A DNA stretch of 64,000 nt from Eledone cirrhosa (taxonomy: Eukaryota): positions 287,990,001 to 288,054,000 of the forward strand of contig OZ024741.1 of the NCBI GenBank assembly GCA_964016885.1. Direction: 5' to 3'. Each line of letters opens with the position of its first letter. The stretch's first letter is position 1. The translations under genes were made by a program, and so were the position numbers. The notes beneath the pieces were generated by a model, which worked only from the letters and a program-made list of their open reading frames with translations, was not told the DNA's origin and ran no database searches. This document shows positions 25,350-41,811 of the stretch, in pieces.

Positions 25350-27200
25350 TGATAAGCATGCAGCTTTTCATCCATGGATTCATTGTGGTATTGCTGTGTA
25401 ATTACCCTGAGTGTGAGTTTTTGGTTATCATGTAGGGAGTATTTCTCAAGGAGCTCCTCCCAACTCTCATCATCAGACTTGTTCTATGGATGGGCTTCTA
25501 TGCTTGGTGGTCCATAGATGTTGTCGGAGAGATATGATGCGACACTCAAATACTGTTTGAACTGATGTTAAGCCACTACCCCACTATTTTCGTTTCAGAT
25601 CTATGCCACTGTTTATGTGTGAATTTCCGGTGTCGGTTAGAAATGTTCGTGCTTTAACATCAATGACTCGAATCTCATCTAGCGTCTAGCCAAGTAGTCC
25701 AAAATGTTGGACTACTTGGCTAGATACAGCAGACACATTGTTGGCCATTGTGCACAGTGTGTTCAGGAGACCATATTTTTTTCTTATTCGGATGTTATAT
25801 TCCCTGGCTGCTAGTTCCTTGTTACAAATACCATCATAGGATATATTTTCATCTCTCCCTATGTATCTGTAGCAGCCCTCGTTAGATGCCGCTGAAAGTA
25901 AGGCCATTAATAGAGATGTTGTTAGATTGGCTTGTAGTTTTTCTTCGCTTCACAATCATATAAGAACATTTATCATGACCAAACACCATTCATATATCTT
26001 TTGAGAACGTCGTAACCAGGACAATGCTTTTCTTCATACTAATTACATTTTTGGCGTAAAGTTTCAGGTCATCCACAAAGAAGCTGCATGATAGGTTAGT
26101 GTTGCCGGACTTCTCTGAACCAATTACATATCCTTCAGATTTCCTAAGCATAATGGGCGAGGAGTTTAATAGCATCACAGATAGACTGTCTCCTTGAAAT
26201 GTACCCATTCGATATCAGTGACAATATAGTTTTCCTACTCTGTATTTAATTTCAAGATAGTGACCCAGGAAGAAGATAGGTTTTCTATGTCTCTAATAAT
26301 AGTATCTGGGATTTTAGTAAGTCTAAGGGACTCTGGCATTCAAGAGTGGGTAACAAAATCGAATGCTCTCCTGTAGTCCAGTTTGTTTAGATCTCTTTCA
26401 AACATGTAGTGGAACTACGTCGTACCTCGCAATAACAACATTTTCATATGCAATAAGGTCAAACTGACCAATGGTAAATCGCGTATGAATACATGGTCAC
26501 TCTCACTCTCTAGTGAAAAACCATAGTACAGAGCTGACCAGGAGATGACTACGTACGCGTGAAGAATTATTATAAAATGACTCCTACATTCCTTTCGACA
26601 ATAAAAATTACATTTATAGAGGATTGAGCGTTAAAGAGATATTTATTTATATCCTGGAAGTCAAAAGCATGTTACTACCAATAAGAGGCTACCCAATCTT
26701 CGACTAAGATATTTCTCTTATATCGTTTGTAAAAACAAGATCCTTAGAATATTTTAACGTGCAGTTATAAAAAGATATAGGTAACATGTAACCTCTCATC
26801 CTTTCTATAAACACATTGCATCTTGGTTGAACCTCTTTTACTCACTATATGTTTTTCTCCAGAAGGAATCTATGTCTTTCTGGGATGGGGCCTCAGTGAC
26901 ATTTATTACTTTGCCCTTCATATCTCTATAGACTGACGTTGGGTTACGACTGTATGACTGTATCTTTTATTAATTATTTTCCTTTCAGCAACTCTCTTCT
27001 GATATCGAAATTTCTCTCTGACAACACCTAATTCTTGATTAAGGCTGATTAACTTGTATTGAACAGTTCTCTTTTTACTGTTTCCAAACATCGTTTCTGT
27101 CTTATTATCCATTCTTTGTTATTGAGGAGTGTAGCTTTTTTGTTGTTTTTGTTTACATGTGATAAACATTGTCACGTGGCCGATAGTTTTCCGTGGGTCA
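25350..27200 (-). mobile_element. Degenerate R4/Dong-like non-LTR retrotransposon fragments
   Basis: DYRRAFDFVTH, GTFQGDSLS, FFVDDLKLYAK; many stops. Confidence 0.65.
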
Positions 27201-27437
27201 GCATTATTGTTTTCTGTTTATGTAATATACTATAGCACATTTTGTGTTGTTTTCTTTCTGTCAACATTCTCTCTTATCACCAAGATAATGTTTCACTGTA
27301 ATTGCTACGGCATATAGACATAGATATGACCAATATGTATGTGTGTATGTATCTATGTATATATGTATGTATTCTTCCATGCACGAATGTGTATATTTAT
27401 ACGTATTTGCTTGTATGTATGCATGTGTGTGTGAGTG

Positions 27438-27511
<74 letters not shown>

Positions 27512-27637
27512 GATAAATCTACCAAAATGTACGGTAGTGTTCAATCCGTATGAAGAACTCAATGTAATCCGAATATCATGAAAAGAGATGTATTCAAAAA
27601 AATTTTTCGGTGAAAAATAACGGAAAACAGAGTCAAG

Positions 27638-28731
27638 ATAAATTAATAAAATAATGAATAAACAAAGAAACAGTTCCTTATATTAAAAAATTCATCATTT
27701 TACGATCGTTTCTAGGATATATATGTTAGTGTTGGTATGCATATCCTATAGATCTATGTAAAGTTTTTACAAACTATCAGAGGGAATATACATACCTACA
27801 CATATATATGCTGTCTTCAGAAATAATTGTTTCTACTTTTGGCACAAGGCCAGCAATTATCCAGTGCATTACTGGTACTTTATTTTATCGACCCCGTAAG
27901 GATGAAAGGCAAAGTTAACCTCGGCGGGATTTGAACTCAAACCATAAAGGGGCGTAACTCTTTGCTGCAAAGCATAGCGTCAGACCCTCTACCGATACTG
28001 CCAATCCACCGCCCTTAAAAGATGAGTATTGACGTACATTGGAGTCGAACCCACATCTTTAGTTATCCAGACCAATGTGCTACCATTACACCAACATATC
28101 ACCCTGTCTTCAGAAATAATGATATTTGTTTATTGAAAAAAACCAACAAAGATTTAATACAATAGGTCTGTTTGGGAACAGGTTTTGAATTGACCAATAG
28201 AAAGATAGTGAAGGTCAAGATGATAAAATAGTAGTAAAAGAACCTTAATTTATGGGTAGAGGAAGGTAGATTTCAGTTTTGGATGGAAAGAATATTATGA
28301 ATGAAAGATTATTTTAGGGATGAAAATAGGTCATATGCTGACCTCAGAAATAAACAAATATCATTATTTCTTTGGCAGTATCGGTAGAGGGTCGGACGCC
28401 ATGCTTTGACGCATAGAGTTACGGCCCTTGCCATTCTGAGTTCAAATCGCGCCGAGGTTAACTTTGCCTTTCATCCTTACGGGGTCGATAAAATAAAGTA
28501 CCAGTAATGTACTGGGTAATTTCTGGCCTTGTGCCAATAGTAGAAACAATTATTTCTGAAGACAGCATATATATGTGTAGGTATGTATATTCCTCTGATA
28601 GTTTGTAAAAACTTTACATAGATCTATAGGATATGCATACCAACACTAACATATATATCCTAGAAACGGTCGTAAAATGATGAATTTTTTAATATAAGGA
28701 ACTGTTTCTTTGTTTATTCATTATTTTATTA

Positions 28732-28737
<6 letters not shown>
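27638..28737. repeat. ~1.1-kb foldback structure with a SINE in each arm
   Basis: 27638-27827 is the reverse complement of ~28549-28737; the inner arm continues at 28113-28132 / 28349-28371. Confidence 0.9.
28030..28100 (-). pseudogene. tRNA-like cloverleaf (pseudo-tRNA or extra SINE head)
   Basis: GATATGT-TG-GTGTAATGGTAGCAC-A-TTGGT-CTGGATA-ACTAA-AGAT-GTGGG-TTCGACT-CCAAT-GTACGTC-A. A and B boxes are clear; acceptor and T stems have mismatches. Confidence 0.65.
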
Positions 28738-28828
<91 letters not shown>

Positions 28829-28829
28829 T

Positions 28830-29218
28830 ATACAATGATATTAAATAAATGGAAACTATATTTATAAAACCATATTTATTCTATTATATATATTTCAAGG
28901 GTACCAACATTTTGGTACGCTATCATCAGATAAAATACGAAGTGTGTTTTATAAATTTTGACATAACCAAGGAGAATATACCTTAACCGTTTAAGTTTTC
29001 CATGGATAGTACTTGGAAAACTTGAACCGTTAGTACTTTCCATGGAAAACTTGAACCGTTAAGGTATATTCTCCTTGGTTATGTCAAAATTTATAAAACA
29101 CACTTCGTATTTTATCTGATAAAAGCGCACCAAAATTTTGGTACCCTTGAAATATATATAATAGAATAAATATGGTTTTATAAATATAGTTTCCATTTAT
29201 TTAATATCATTGTATGTT
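28830..29218. repeat. Near-perfect foldback (~165-bp arms) of an HHR-bearing pLTR family (relatives at ~37180-37380 and 51200-51390)
   Basis: Arms 28830-28995 and 29050-29218; minus strand has CTGATGA...GTACCAA/TTGGTAC...GAAATATATA. Confidence 0.85.
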
Positions 29219-29306
29219 ATACTCCAAAAAATCTGTCGAGTGCTCTGAATCAGTTATAAACATTTATATTTGTTGAATTACCAACAAATTGAATATCTCT
29301 TCTGCT

Positions 29307-29342
<36 letters not shown>

Positions 29343-29353
29343 AGAGAGTGTGC

Positions 29354-29410
<57 letters not shown>

Positions 29411-29624
29411 TTAGAACCCTGTAACCATTAAGCTCTAAGTATAAAGTATAAATACTGAGCCGATTAACAATATATAGTAAGAAACACAGTAAACCGTGTC
29501 TAAAATTACAAGGGTTGAAAACCACATATGCTTGAAATATTTAACCAAGAAACAGACAGAATGACGAAATGAAAATAAAAATATATTATCAAATAATACA
29601 AACCGCCTCAATATTGAGGCGGTT

Positions 29625-29829
<205 letters not shown>

Positions 29830-30461
29830 GTGTGCGCGGTGATGTTTTATCACAAAAACACCAGTCTGTTAGTTTCCCATTCAGATACTGTTTGTGTCAT
29901 TGTTTCAAAAGTGTAAAGTCGTGGTGATAGTTGTACGATTGGTTACAGCAGGTGGTGTCATGGCGGTAATGGTAGTGGTGGAGATTTTAGAAGGTGGAGT
30001 GGATCGAAAAATGTTATTTCTAGAGGGCGATGGATTGGCACTATCGGTAAGAGGGTCGGACGCCATGCATTGACACATATTTACGGCCCTTGCCATTCTG
30101 AGTTCAAATCCCGCCGAGGTTAACTTTGCCTTTCATCCTTACGGGGTCGATAAAATAGAGTACCAGTAATGCACTGCACTGGGTAATTGCTGGCCTTGTG
30201 CCAAAAGTAGAAGCAATTATTTCTTATATATATATATATATATATTTATTAAAATAACAGATTAAAGTTTAAGCAAAGAATCGGTGCTTTCACCCTTAAC
30301 GGGATCTTCTGAAACTTTGCTTAAACTTTAATCTGTTATTTTAATAAATATTTGCTCTACGGTTCTTATATATTTGATATATATTTATCCTTATCGAGAC
30401 CTCTTTGGATTTTAGTCTTCAAATTTATTATTATTACTATATATATATATATATATATACA

Positions 30462-30499
<38 letters not shown>

Positions 30500-30760
30500 T
30501 CCCGGGTTCAATCGGAGGTAACCACAGTAAGTAAGTTACTCAATACATTACTAGAGTGTAAACATCAAATTTAATATAGAAGGGGCTTTCCTGATGATTT
30601 CTTTCGAATGAAACAGTTCTAGTCTCGTAGAAGCCATTTCTATATTAAATCTTATATCCAAAACATAATCATTTCATCTGAGAAACGTACTGGGCGTTTC
30701 TGTTAGGATCGTCTAGTTTCCTGAAACCTGTAATTAAATATTGTAATTAAATATATTATG

Positions 30761-31288
<528 letters not shown>

Positions 31289-31583
31289 GGGCTTGCATTC
31301 GTGAGGTTGATGCATTGTGTATTTTAACAAGACACTTTATTTCACGTTGCTCCAGTTCACTCAGCTGTAGAAATGCATTGCGACGTCACTGGTGCCAAGC
31401 TGTATCGGCCATTACCTTTCCCTTGGACAATATCGGTGGCGTGGAGAGGGGAGACTGATATGCATGGGCGACTGCTGGTCTTCCACAAACACACCTTGCC
31501 CGGACTTGTGCCTCGGAAAGGAAACTTTCTAGGTGCAAATCCCATGGTCATTCGTGACCGAAGGGGATCTTTACCCATTTATT

Positions 31584-31673
<90 letters not shown>

Positions 31674-33410
31674 GCGTTCGTGTATTTGAATGTATACCAC
31701 ACCCATATATAGAAAAGTAAATTCGTTTAACACACACATATACACGCAACCATTCTGGTGCAGATGTACTGACACGTTCTCTTCAACGTGCTGTTATGAA
31801 TATAATACAGGCAATTATCATTTGATGGCATGTATGTGTACGTGTACAAAAAACATTGTAAACTTTGCTCGTTTATTTTAATTACACGAAACATAATGAT
31901 TTCTACTATTGGCACAGGGCCAGTAATTTAGGCGAAGGGGAAAGTCGATTAAATCGACCTCAATGTATTACTGGGGCTTTATTTTATCGACCCTGTAAGG
32001 ATGAAAGGCAAAGCTAACCTCGGCGGGATTTTAACTCAGACCGTAAAGGGCCGTAACTCGATACCGCAAAGTATAGGATCCGACGCTCTACCGATGCTGC
32101 CAATCCCCCGCCCTTGACATAATGATTGGTGTGATCCTTGACCTTATATATTATATACCTGTCCTTGTATAGCGCATTTCTTGTTTTATACAAAGAACGC
32201 ATAGAGATAATTGTTTCTACTTTTGGCACAAGGCCAGCAATTACCCCAGTGCATTAAAGGTGCTTTATTTTATCGACCCCGTAAGAATGAAAGGTAAAGT
32301 TAAATGATACATTCGTATTCTACCTTATCATTATCTTCATTATTTAGAAATTGCAGACGGCGGTGGATTGACAGTACTGGTAGAGAGTCGGACGACATGC
32401 TTTGCAGCATAGAGTTACGGCCCTTTATGATCTGAGTTCAAATCCCGCCGAGGTTAACTTTGCCTTTCATCCTTACGGGGTCGATAAAATAAAGCGCCAG
32501 TAACGTATTGGGTCTTGTACTCTCAGTCGCTTCACCCCATGAAACCGGGATAAGCACTGGCTTAAGACAGACTTTAGACTTACGGCCTGCCCGCCCAGCC
32601 AATGGGATGGCGTCATCATATGGCTAAAACAGCACGTGCTGTAACCAGACTGGTCGGTCAAGGTGATCAAGGTGATATCATATTATTGACGGTTTCTTTT
32701 TCTTTTTCTTTTTCACTGTCGGTATATTGATATGTACGTGCACATATGTAGCAGTAATTTAAAGTCTTTTGGTATTAGCAAAGTAGGTCAGTGTAACCAC
32801 AACACGTTGCTAATTTTCTTTTCTTTTAAAATTTGGCGTCACCCGGTCTGGAGAAGGGAATCATTTGCAGTTTATCAGAGAATAATTAGCTTCTACACAC
32901 ATGCTGCTCTTATCTCTCAAAAAGGAGACAACCTCACCATAATAGAGTTTACTATCACCTCTGATGGTACATACTGTCTGACTACAACTTGTCATTTTTA
33001 AGGGAACATAGCAAGATAAACAAAGAGACTCCCACACAACACAGAAGTCTTATTGAACACTATATTCGTTTGTGAATACTCTAATCAAATTTTATATTTA
33101 CGATTCGAAGAAATCATATTTTTTTCCTTTTTGCTGAAGTAAAATAAAGATATAAATTCAACCAGAATTATTGGGTGGATTGGCAGTATCGGTAGAGGGT
33201 CGGACGCCATGCTTTGAAGCATAGAGTTGCGTCCCTTTATGATCTGAGTTCAAATCTCGCCGAGGTTAACTTTGCCTTTTATCCTTACGGGGTCGATAAA
33301 ATAAAGTACCAGTAATGTACTGAGGGATTGCTAGCCTTGTGCCAAAAGTAGAAACAATTATTGGTATTTGTCGTGTTTATCATCCTCTTCAACAACAACC
33401 AAAACATAGC

Positions 33411-33450
<40 letters not shown>

Positions 33451-33642
33451 ATCTTCTAAATTGCTAGTGTTGCTGCCTCCACAGAATTACCTCATCAAGT
33501 CTGTAAAGTGGTTGTGCTGGTGTTTCAAAAAAATGCACCCAGAATTTTCATGAAAATTAGTCATTTTTCTCGAAAAATTATGAACGTCTGCACCTCCAAA
33601 AAGAATTCAAGCAATATGCTTATGTATACATACACATATATG

Positions 33643-33995
33643 TGTAACGAAATCTGTCCATACCTTGACCCCTGGGTGACATTTAACGGTCATTTTGGGG
33701 GTTATCTCCTTTCGGGCGTTAACGGGTCTGAGAGTGGATGACCACTAAAGGTCAGTCCCTTGTTCTCAAGGCTTGGGGACAGAGGAAGCGACAGAGATAA
33801 ATAGCTTGCCTTAGATCAAGCCAAGGAATTCTTGATAGAGTAAACATGTAAACATTTGCTTTCCACAGACCCTTTGGGTCTCAGTGACTCTTACTCTCTC
33901 TCTTTCACTCAATCTCTATCTCTTTCCTCTTTCTCAACCCAGCCAGTGAAGTTCATGAAGTTTTCTTGGTAAATGCGACTTTAACTACTTTTACA
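33643..33995 (+). mobile_element. Possible solo LTR
   Basis: TGTAA...TTACA termini, 353 bp, internal TATA-like and AGTAAA motifs; no matching TSD. Confidence 0.3.
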
Positions 33996-34036
33996 AACAA
34001 ACAAATAATGTACATAATATATATATATATATATAT

Positions 34037-34771
34037 AAAATTTAAGTAAGTAAGTAAAAAATTTTTTTAAAATTTTTTAAAAAATATTTTCTTATTTTAC
34101 GTCTTTTATATTATTGTTCTGCACCCTCCTGCATTGAACCACCTAGGTACTATGACATAACCTGTGTATTTGCTGGCATGGACGTACATCTGTGCGCCTA
34201 TGTTAGTTGATATATTAAATTATCTATATTTATCTCCAAATCACTGATTTGTCGAGCAAACCTGCCAAAACCACTTCAAAATTTTTTTTGGGGTGTTAGT
34301 AGGCGTCAGTCATCTTACCATCCCATTCCTTCTAACTAGCCTCTATGTCACGTGATTGATTCTTTAGAATCGGCCATTTGACTGGAAGCAGTGAGAATTT
34401 CAGTACATAGAATCCAGTCCTCGCCTAGCTGTTCTTTCTACCGAATTATTATTTTTATATGAGCCGCCAGTGTCCGCGCATTGCCTGGAGGCTCAGCTGA
34501 GAATAGACTCCCTGATGACGCAATGAATTCTCGACAGTTGGATTATGTAACTGTCTTTATCCCATTGCAGAAACTAATTAGTTGGAGTGAAAATTTAAGT
34601 AAGTAAAAAAAATTTTTAAAATTTTTTAAAAAATATTTTCTTATTTTACGTCTTTTATATTATTGTTCTGCACCCTCCTGCATTGAACCACCTAGGTACT
34701 ATGACATAACCTGTGTATTTGCTGGCATGGACGTACATCTGTGCGCCTATGTTAGTTGATATATTAAATTA

Positions 34772-34778
<7 letters not shown>
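34037..34778 (+). mobile_element. Non-coding direct-repeat element (~190-bp repeats, period ~553 bp) containing a hammerhead; PLE pLTR tandem or retrozyme-like
   Basis: 34037-34229 is repeated at 34590-34778; both sides flanked by (TA)n. Confidence 0.75.
34507..34588 (+). ncRNA. Type I hammerhead ribozyme with extended stem II
   Basis: ACTCC-CTGATGA-[GCAATG..GACAGTT/AACTGTC..CATTGC]-GAAA-CTAATTAG-TT-GGAGT; 5-bp stem I, palindromic stem III. Confidence 0.75.
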
Positions 34779-34807
<29 letters not shown>

Positions 34808-35842
34808 GCCCCCGCTGGGAAAAGTGTTTGAGTGTGTATTCAGTAACTTTAACTAAATTTCAACTTAAACTCTTAGTTTCCATTGAAGAATGAAAGAAGA
34901 AAAAAATCAATTTGGTAAATACAAAAACAGAAACAAGAATACTAAACTTTGGCTGGGTTTAGTCTTTTACCGCGTAAATAAAATAAAAAATAGTGAAGGT
35001 GTCATGTGTGTGTGTGTGTTGTATGCATGTATATGTTGTGTGTGTGTATGTTTGTGTGTATATGTTGTGTGTGTGTATGCGTGTGTGTATGTTTGTGTGT
35101 GTGGTGTATGCATGTATGTGTTGTGTGTGTATGTATGCGGGCTGAAACGTTCATAGGCAGACTATGAAGGAAGCATGTTAGCGCTGTGAAATCTTGCATG
35201 GATTAATTTCATCTCTTCTTATTAATAACTATTGTTTCTTTCCAGGGACTATGTTGAAAAATAATCCTCATTTGATCATTCCATGAAAGTATCTTGGTCA
35301 GCCTATGAACTTATCAGCCAATTCACATATATATATATATCCCCCCCACACACACACCTCTTACTGAACATGCAACCCCGTTCTTCCCCCAACCTTTACT
35401 TTCACATACACACACACACACACACCACCTTCAGCCCTCCCCGCTCGGACACCCCGTCTCCCTCTCCCCACTCCACCCGCCACCACCCCTACACACCCCA
35501 CACCCTTCCACCACCTGTTTACCCCCCTTTTAATTTCAGTTTATTTGGATCATGCCTTTATTTTTAAATTTATCTCATTCCTTGTATTTTGATCATGCTT
35601 TATTTTTATTTTTATTTTTATCTTTACTTGTTATTTTTTCATTCGCACCGTCTCCTTTCGCTATATGTCTCTCCACCACTCCCCTACACACCCTTTGAAC
35701 TCTGTTCCCACACACTTCTCACCTGAGGAAGGGCTTATGCCCGAAAAGTCGTCCCCCACCTACATCCCACTCTCCAGAGCGTGAAATTAATAAACATTTG
35801 TTGTACTGCCTCTCCGTCTTGTCCCTGTTCAAATTTTTCCAT

Positions 35843-35924
<82 letters not shown>

Positions 35925-36067
35925 AGCGAGATGTCTAATGTTTATAACCTCTTTACATATGCTTGAAGCATATTCTAAGTCGTGTGAAATATTTTAAGTC
36001 AATAACCTCAATATTAGCAGGCCAAGTGCAATACACACAAGTATACATACACACACACACGCATATA

Positions 36068-36435
36068 TCATTATCTATAAAAGGCAGATTGTTGTTGTGT
36101 GTGTGTGTGTGCATGTTCCATGTTTATACATTTGCACAATTTCAAACCGATTCGACTCAAAGTCTGTAAGAATGTTGTAAATATTCTAACTTAGGTCAAC
36201 GACTATTTATTTATTTCAAACTCACCCACAATTACGGAAATAATTGATAAAACTAAATACATGACACTTTACTCCTCTAATACAATCTTATACCTCTCTC
36301 TACTCACCTTAAAATTCGATAAAACTACATACATGCTGCAACTTTCTCTTATATACGCTTAAACTTACAAACTTCCTTTAGGAACGCCGAAGAAAGAAGA
36401 GAGAGGAGAGAGTGAGAGCGAGAGAGAGAAGAGAG

Positions 36436-36479
<44 letters not shown>

Positions 36480-37103
36480 TTTGTTTTTGAGTCGAAACAA
36501 CAATTATTCAAAAGCAACAGATAAATTTATTCAACAACAACAAAAATAGCGATAAATCTTTTTTTAAAACATCTCTCAACGAACTTGGAAGAAAGAAGTA
36601 TCAGTTTATTTACTATACACAATATCTTCTGTGAGGTCACTAAACCTCCTAGAAACAGCAGCTAACTCTCCCCCATATCACACCCCTCCCTACTGTCTTA
36701 AATTTCGAAAACATATATCCTCTGTGAGGTCACTAAACCTGCTTGAAACAACAGCTAACTCTCCCCCATATCACACCCCTGCCTACTGTCTTAAATTTAG
36801 AAAACGCATATTAGACAACCATGCAGAACAACTCCATCTCAGCTCTGTTGTTCGGCTGGCATCGTCTACGCGCGTGTTGCGCAAGTACTGTGAAACAATA
36901 AATTTCAACACTTCTTTGCACAGAGATAATATCCATAGGCGAAACTACAATTGTCACTGCTGGTGCAGCTCCTGCTTCGGCAGTCCAGGTCTGCAATTCA
37001 TTCACCCAGTGCCTGGCAGACAAAAAAGTGCTGCCATAAAATGGGTGGTGCAACCTAACTTTGGTAACTTACTGAGCCCGAGCAACGCTGGGCTTTAATG
37101 CTA

Positions 37104-37104
<1 letters not shown>
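36068..37104 (+). mobile_element. Non-autonomous Helitron carrying a 96-bp tandem duplication
   Basis: TC...TCTATAAAAG 5' end; hairpin AGCCC.AGC-AAC-GCTGGGCT, then CTAG|T; duplicated unit at 36628-36810. Confidence 0.75.
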
Positions 37105-37179
<75 letters not shown>

Positions 37180-37441
37180 CCAAAAGTTTGTATGGTTCGT
37201 TGATTATTCAACGAATACAATTTTACAATAAATTAGAAGCACTCGACAATTATTTTTTGGGAGTATTTAATATTATTCAAAATATTAATAAATGAAAAAT
37301 ATTCTCATAACCAAAATATATATTCTATTATACATATTTCAAAGGTACAATGGTGTTTCAGTACGTTTTCATCAGATGAAATATATGAGAGATTGGATAT
37401 GCGACATACCCCTAAGGTTTTGATTATTCAATTCCTGTAGT

Positions 37442-37507
<66 letters not shown>

Positions 37508-37916
37508 ACGTCAGTTAACTCTTCCTCACACTTCCACTCACTCACTCATTGTTTCTCCTCTTCTCACTTCACCCCGTTCGCGACGAAAACATTTTCTCTC
37601 TTTCTCACATTTGGATTCGTTCCCGAAAGGTCTTTTTTCTAAGCGCTCATATATTCACCTAGCTTATGCTAACAGAATAACTATGTAGCTTGTTCCCTTC
37701 CTTCTACGGTTAGCTCTCCTCTTTGTTGTTATCTTGTCTCACTCGCTTTACGCGTTTTAATTGTCCTAATAACTTAATTTAGTTATTATTGCACCGACGT
37801 GAGGTATATAATTTTTAATGCAATGAAATATCTATGATCGTCGGCAAATCACTGATGAGGGACTTATTTTATTACATGTTATCCATGTGCAACTTGCAGT
37901 ATTCTTCTCCCCATTT

Positions 37917-39292
<1,376 letters not shown>

Positions 39293-39820
39293 GACGAACC
39301 CACAACATACACACGTCAACATACATACCTACATCAGCATACATCCTACATACATCTCTATCCACATATAAACACAATGACATACGTAAACATACATGCT
39401 CTATGGTGCAACACAAATATACACAAATTAGCATACCTTTTGATGTCTATAGATATAAACGTGCCGACACACACATATACATATACGCACACATGCATTG
39501 CACACTGATGGGCACATACATATTTGAACACAAGTATTCCAATACGGCAAGGCCTAATGGATTCCCTTTGCAGTACGTACAATCTGGACACTCACACACA
39601 CCTTGGTCTTATGCCAATACTATATATCATTTCACACCTTTTATTATTGGGGTTTTTGATGTTCTATTGAGAGAATCGTTTTTACTGAAAATATCGAATA
39701 ATGTACACCATTTTTACCAGTATCACAAAAATACTGGTCCACCCACACACATTCTCACACACACACACACACACATATATACACACACACATACACACGC
39801 GTACATTAACATACAAAGAG

Positions 39821-39882
<62 letters not shown>

Positions 39883-40509
39883 CTCCGTATAAGACAAGAG
39901 CTGAAAAAATATCTTTTAACATGTAAAAATATCCCCCACACACGTACAGACACATTCCTACTGACCGATCCCTCTACCACGAATTACTCTGCTACACACA
40001 CACACACACACACTTGTCTTAATAGATATTTGAACTGTCAGCAGGCTGCGGTTCGCACACACATCCCTGCTGACCATTATAACAACAACGAACCTCTTTA
40101 CTACTACTACACACACACACACATATTTGTCTTGAAAGACTTATTTTTCAGTGACTTCTCAATCAGCCGAGACAAACCTACATTTGGCGCAAAATCAATT
40201 TTTAACATTCACATGACCTCTACCGACCAATCAAAATTGTTTTGACCACAAGAATTTTTTCATAGATCTGGACCCACTTTTTTTTTACATAAAACAGGTA
40301 GAATTTCCAAAACTAATCAGATTAGAGCAAACATCGCGGGCGCTCTATCTCAAAATTATTTTTGAAAAGCATTAGAAATGCGCAACCGGTAAAACTTAAA
40401 GCCAAAACTGAATACTAACCAATACTATTACTAATTTTTACTTATTCCTAATTAAACTATTTTTCACTGGGAACAATTTGTCAGCATTTTCTTTTCCTTT
40501 TACCAATAT

Positions 40510-40566
<57 letters not shown>

Positions 40567-41386
40567 AGAATATTTTCGAAACAGCGAGCGAGTTTGAAAT
40601 TAGAAATATAAGTACATGTACGTCAATACTCATCTTTTTCCATTTCTCCGAGGGTTCTTAACCCCATTATCAGGCTAAATAATTTCTCTAATTTCTTTAG
40701 TCTAATTACGGCGATAGCTTATATTTCTAATTATATATATATATATATTAGAAAGTGAGGTTTTTTTACAAAATGAAAAATAACCGAGGTGTCCTACACG
40801 AGTGAAAGTATAACGAAAACAAGATGAAATCGAAAATGCAACTGGAGTCTTATTTTTTAAAAAATATATATATTTATTTGGTTCCTTTACCGGTTTCGCA
40901 GTTCTTCTGCTTTTCAAAAGTAGAGTTGAGATGGAGTGTCTGTGGTTTTTCTCACATCTGGTTGGTCGTTGAATGTTATTTGTTTTATATGGAAAAAAGT
41001 GGCTCGAAACGCCAGGTTTTTAGAGAAGTAATTTGATTGGTTGGTCAATAAGTATAATAAATTTCGCGCCAGTTCGCGTTACAAAGTTCTTCAAACACGG
41101 GGGGGGGGGGGGGAGGGGGGGGGGGGGGGCTCAAATATAGATATATTTTTTAAAAAATAAGACTCCAGTTGCATTTTCGATTTCATCTTTTTTTCTTTAT
41201 ATATATATATATATAGAAAATATGAATATAAAATGAAAGTGCTTTTATAAAGGAATTTATTAGGTATTGACATATGTTTCTGTAACAGACGGAATACCTA
41301 TGTATCGCTGCTTGCGTAATCATATAATGTTAGCAAGTATTCGATAGCAAATGTATAATCAGTTGCCACTTCTTCAGAGATATTGG

Positions 41387-41534
<148 letters not shown>

Positions 41535-41750
41535 GGAAATCAGTAAAATCGAATCTCTGGCGGTTTGCAAGTAAATTCGGCCTACTTATATGAAGTGATG
41601 AGTTAGCAAAGCACTCGATAAGATAGGTCTCAGAGTTATAACATACGTTTAAATAGCTTGACAAATCGAACATTGTGGTAGGCTAAACTAACACACAATA
41701 TGTACCAATTTTATTATAATAAATTGAAGTGAAAGCAACTATATAATAAG

Positions 41751-41806
<56 letters not shown>

Positions 41807-41811
<5 letters not shown>

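Noticed and set aside
28030-28100. Functional tRNA-Ser(GGA) gene
   Set aside because: Mismatched acceptor and T stems, pyrimidine at position 37, no long variable arm, and it lies inside a TSD-bounded SINE insertion.
39403-40245. 280-aa ORF
   Set aside because: Low-complexity CA-rich sequence downstream of a PLE, with no recognisable domain.
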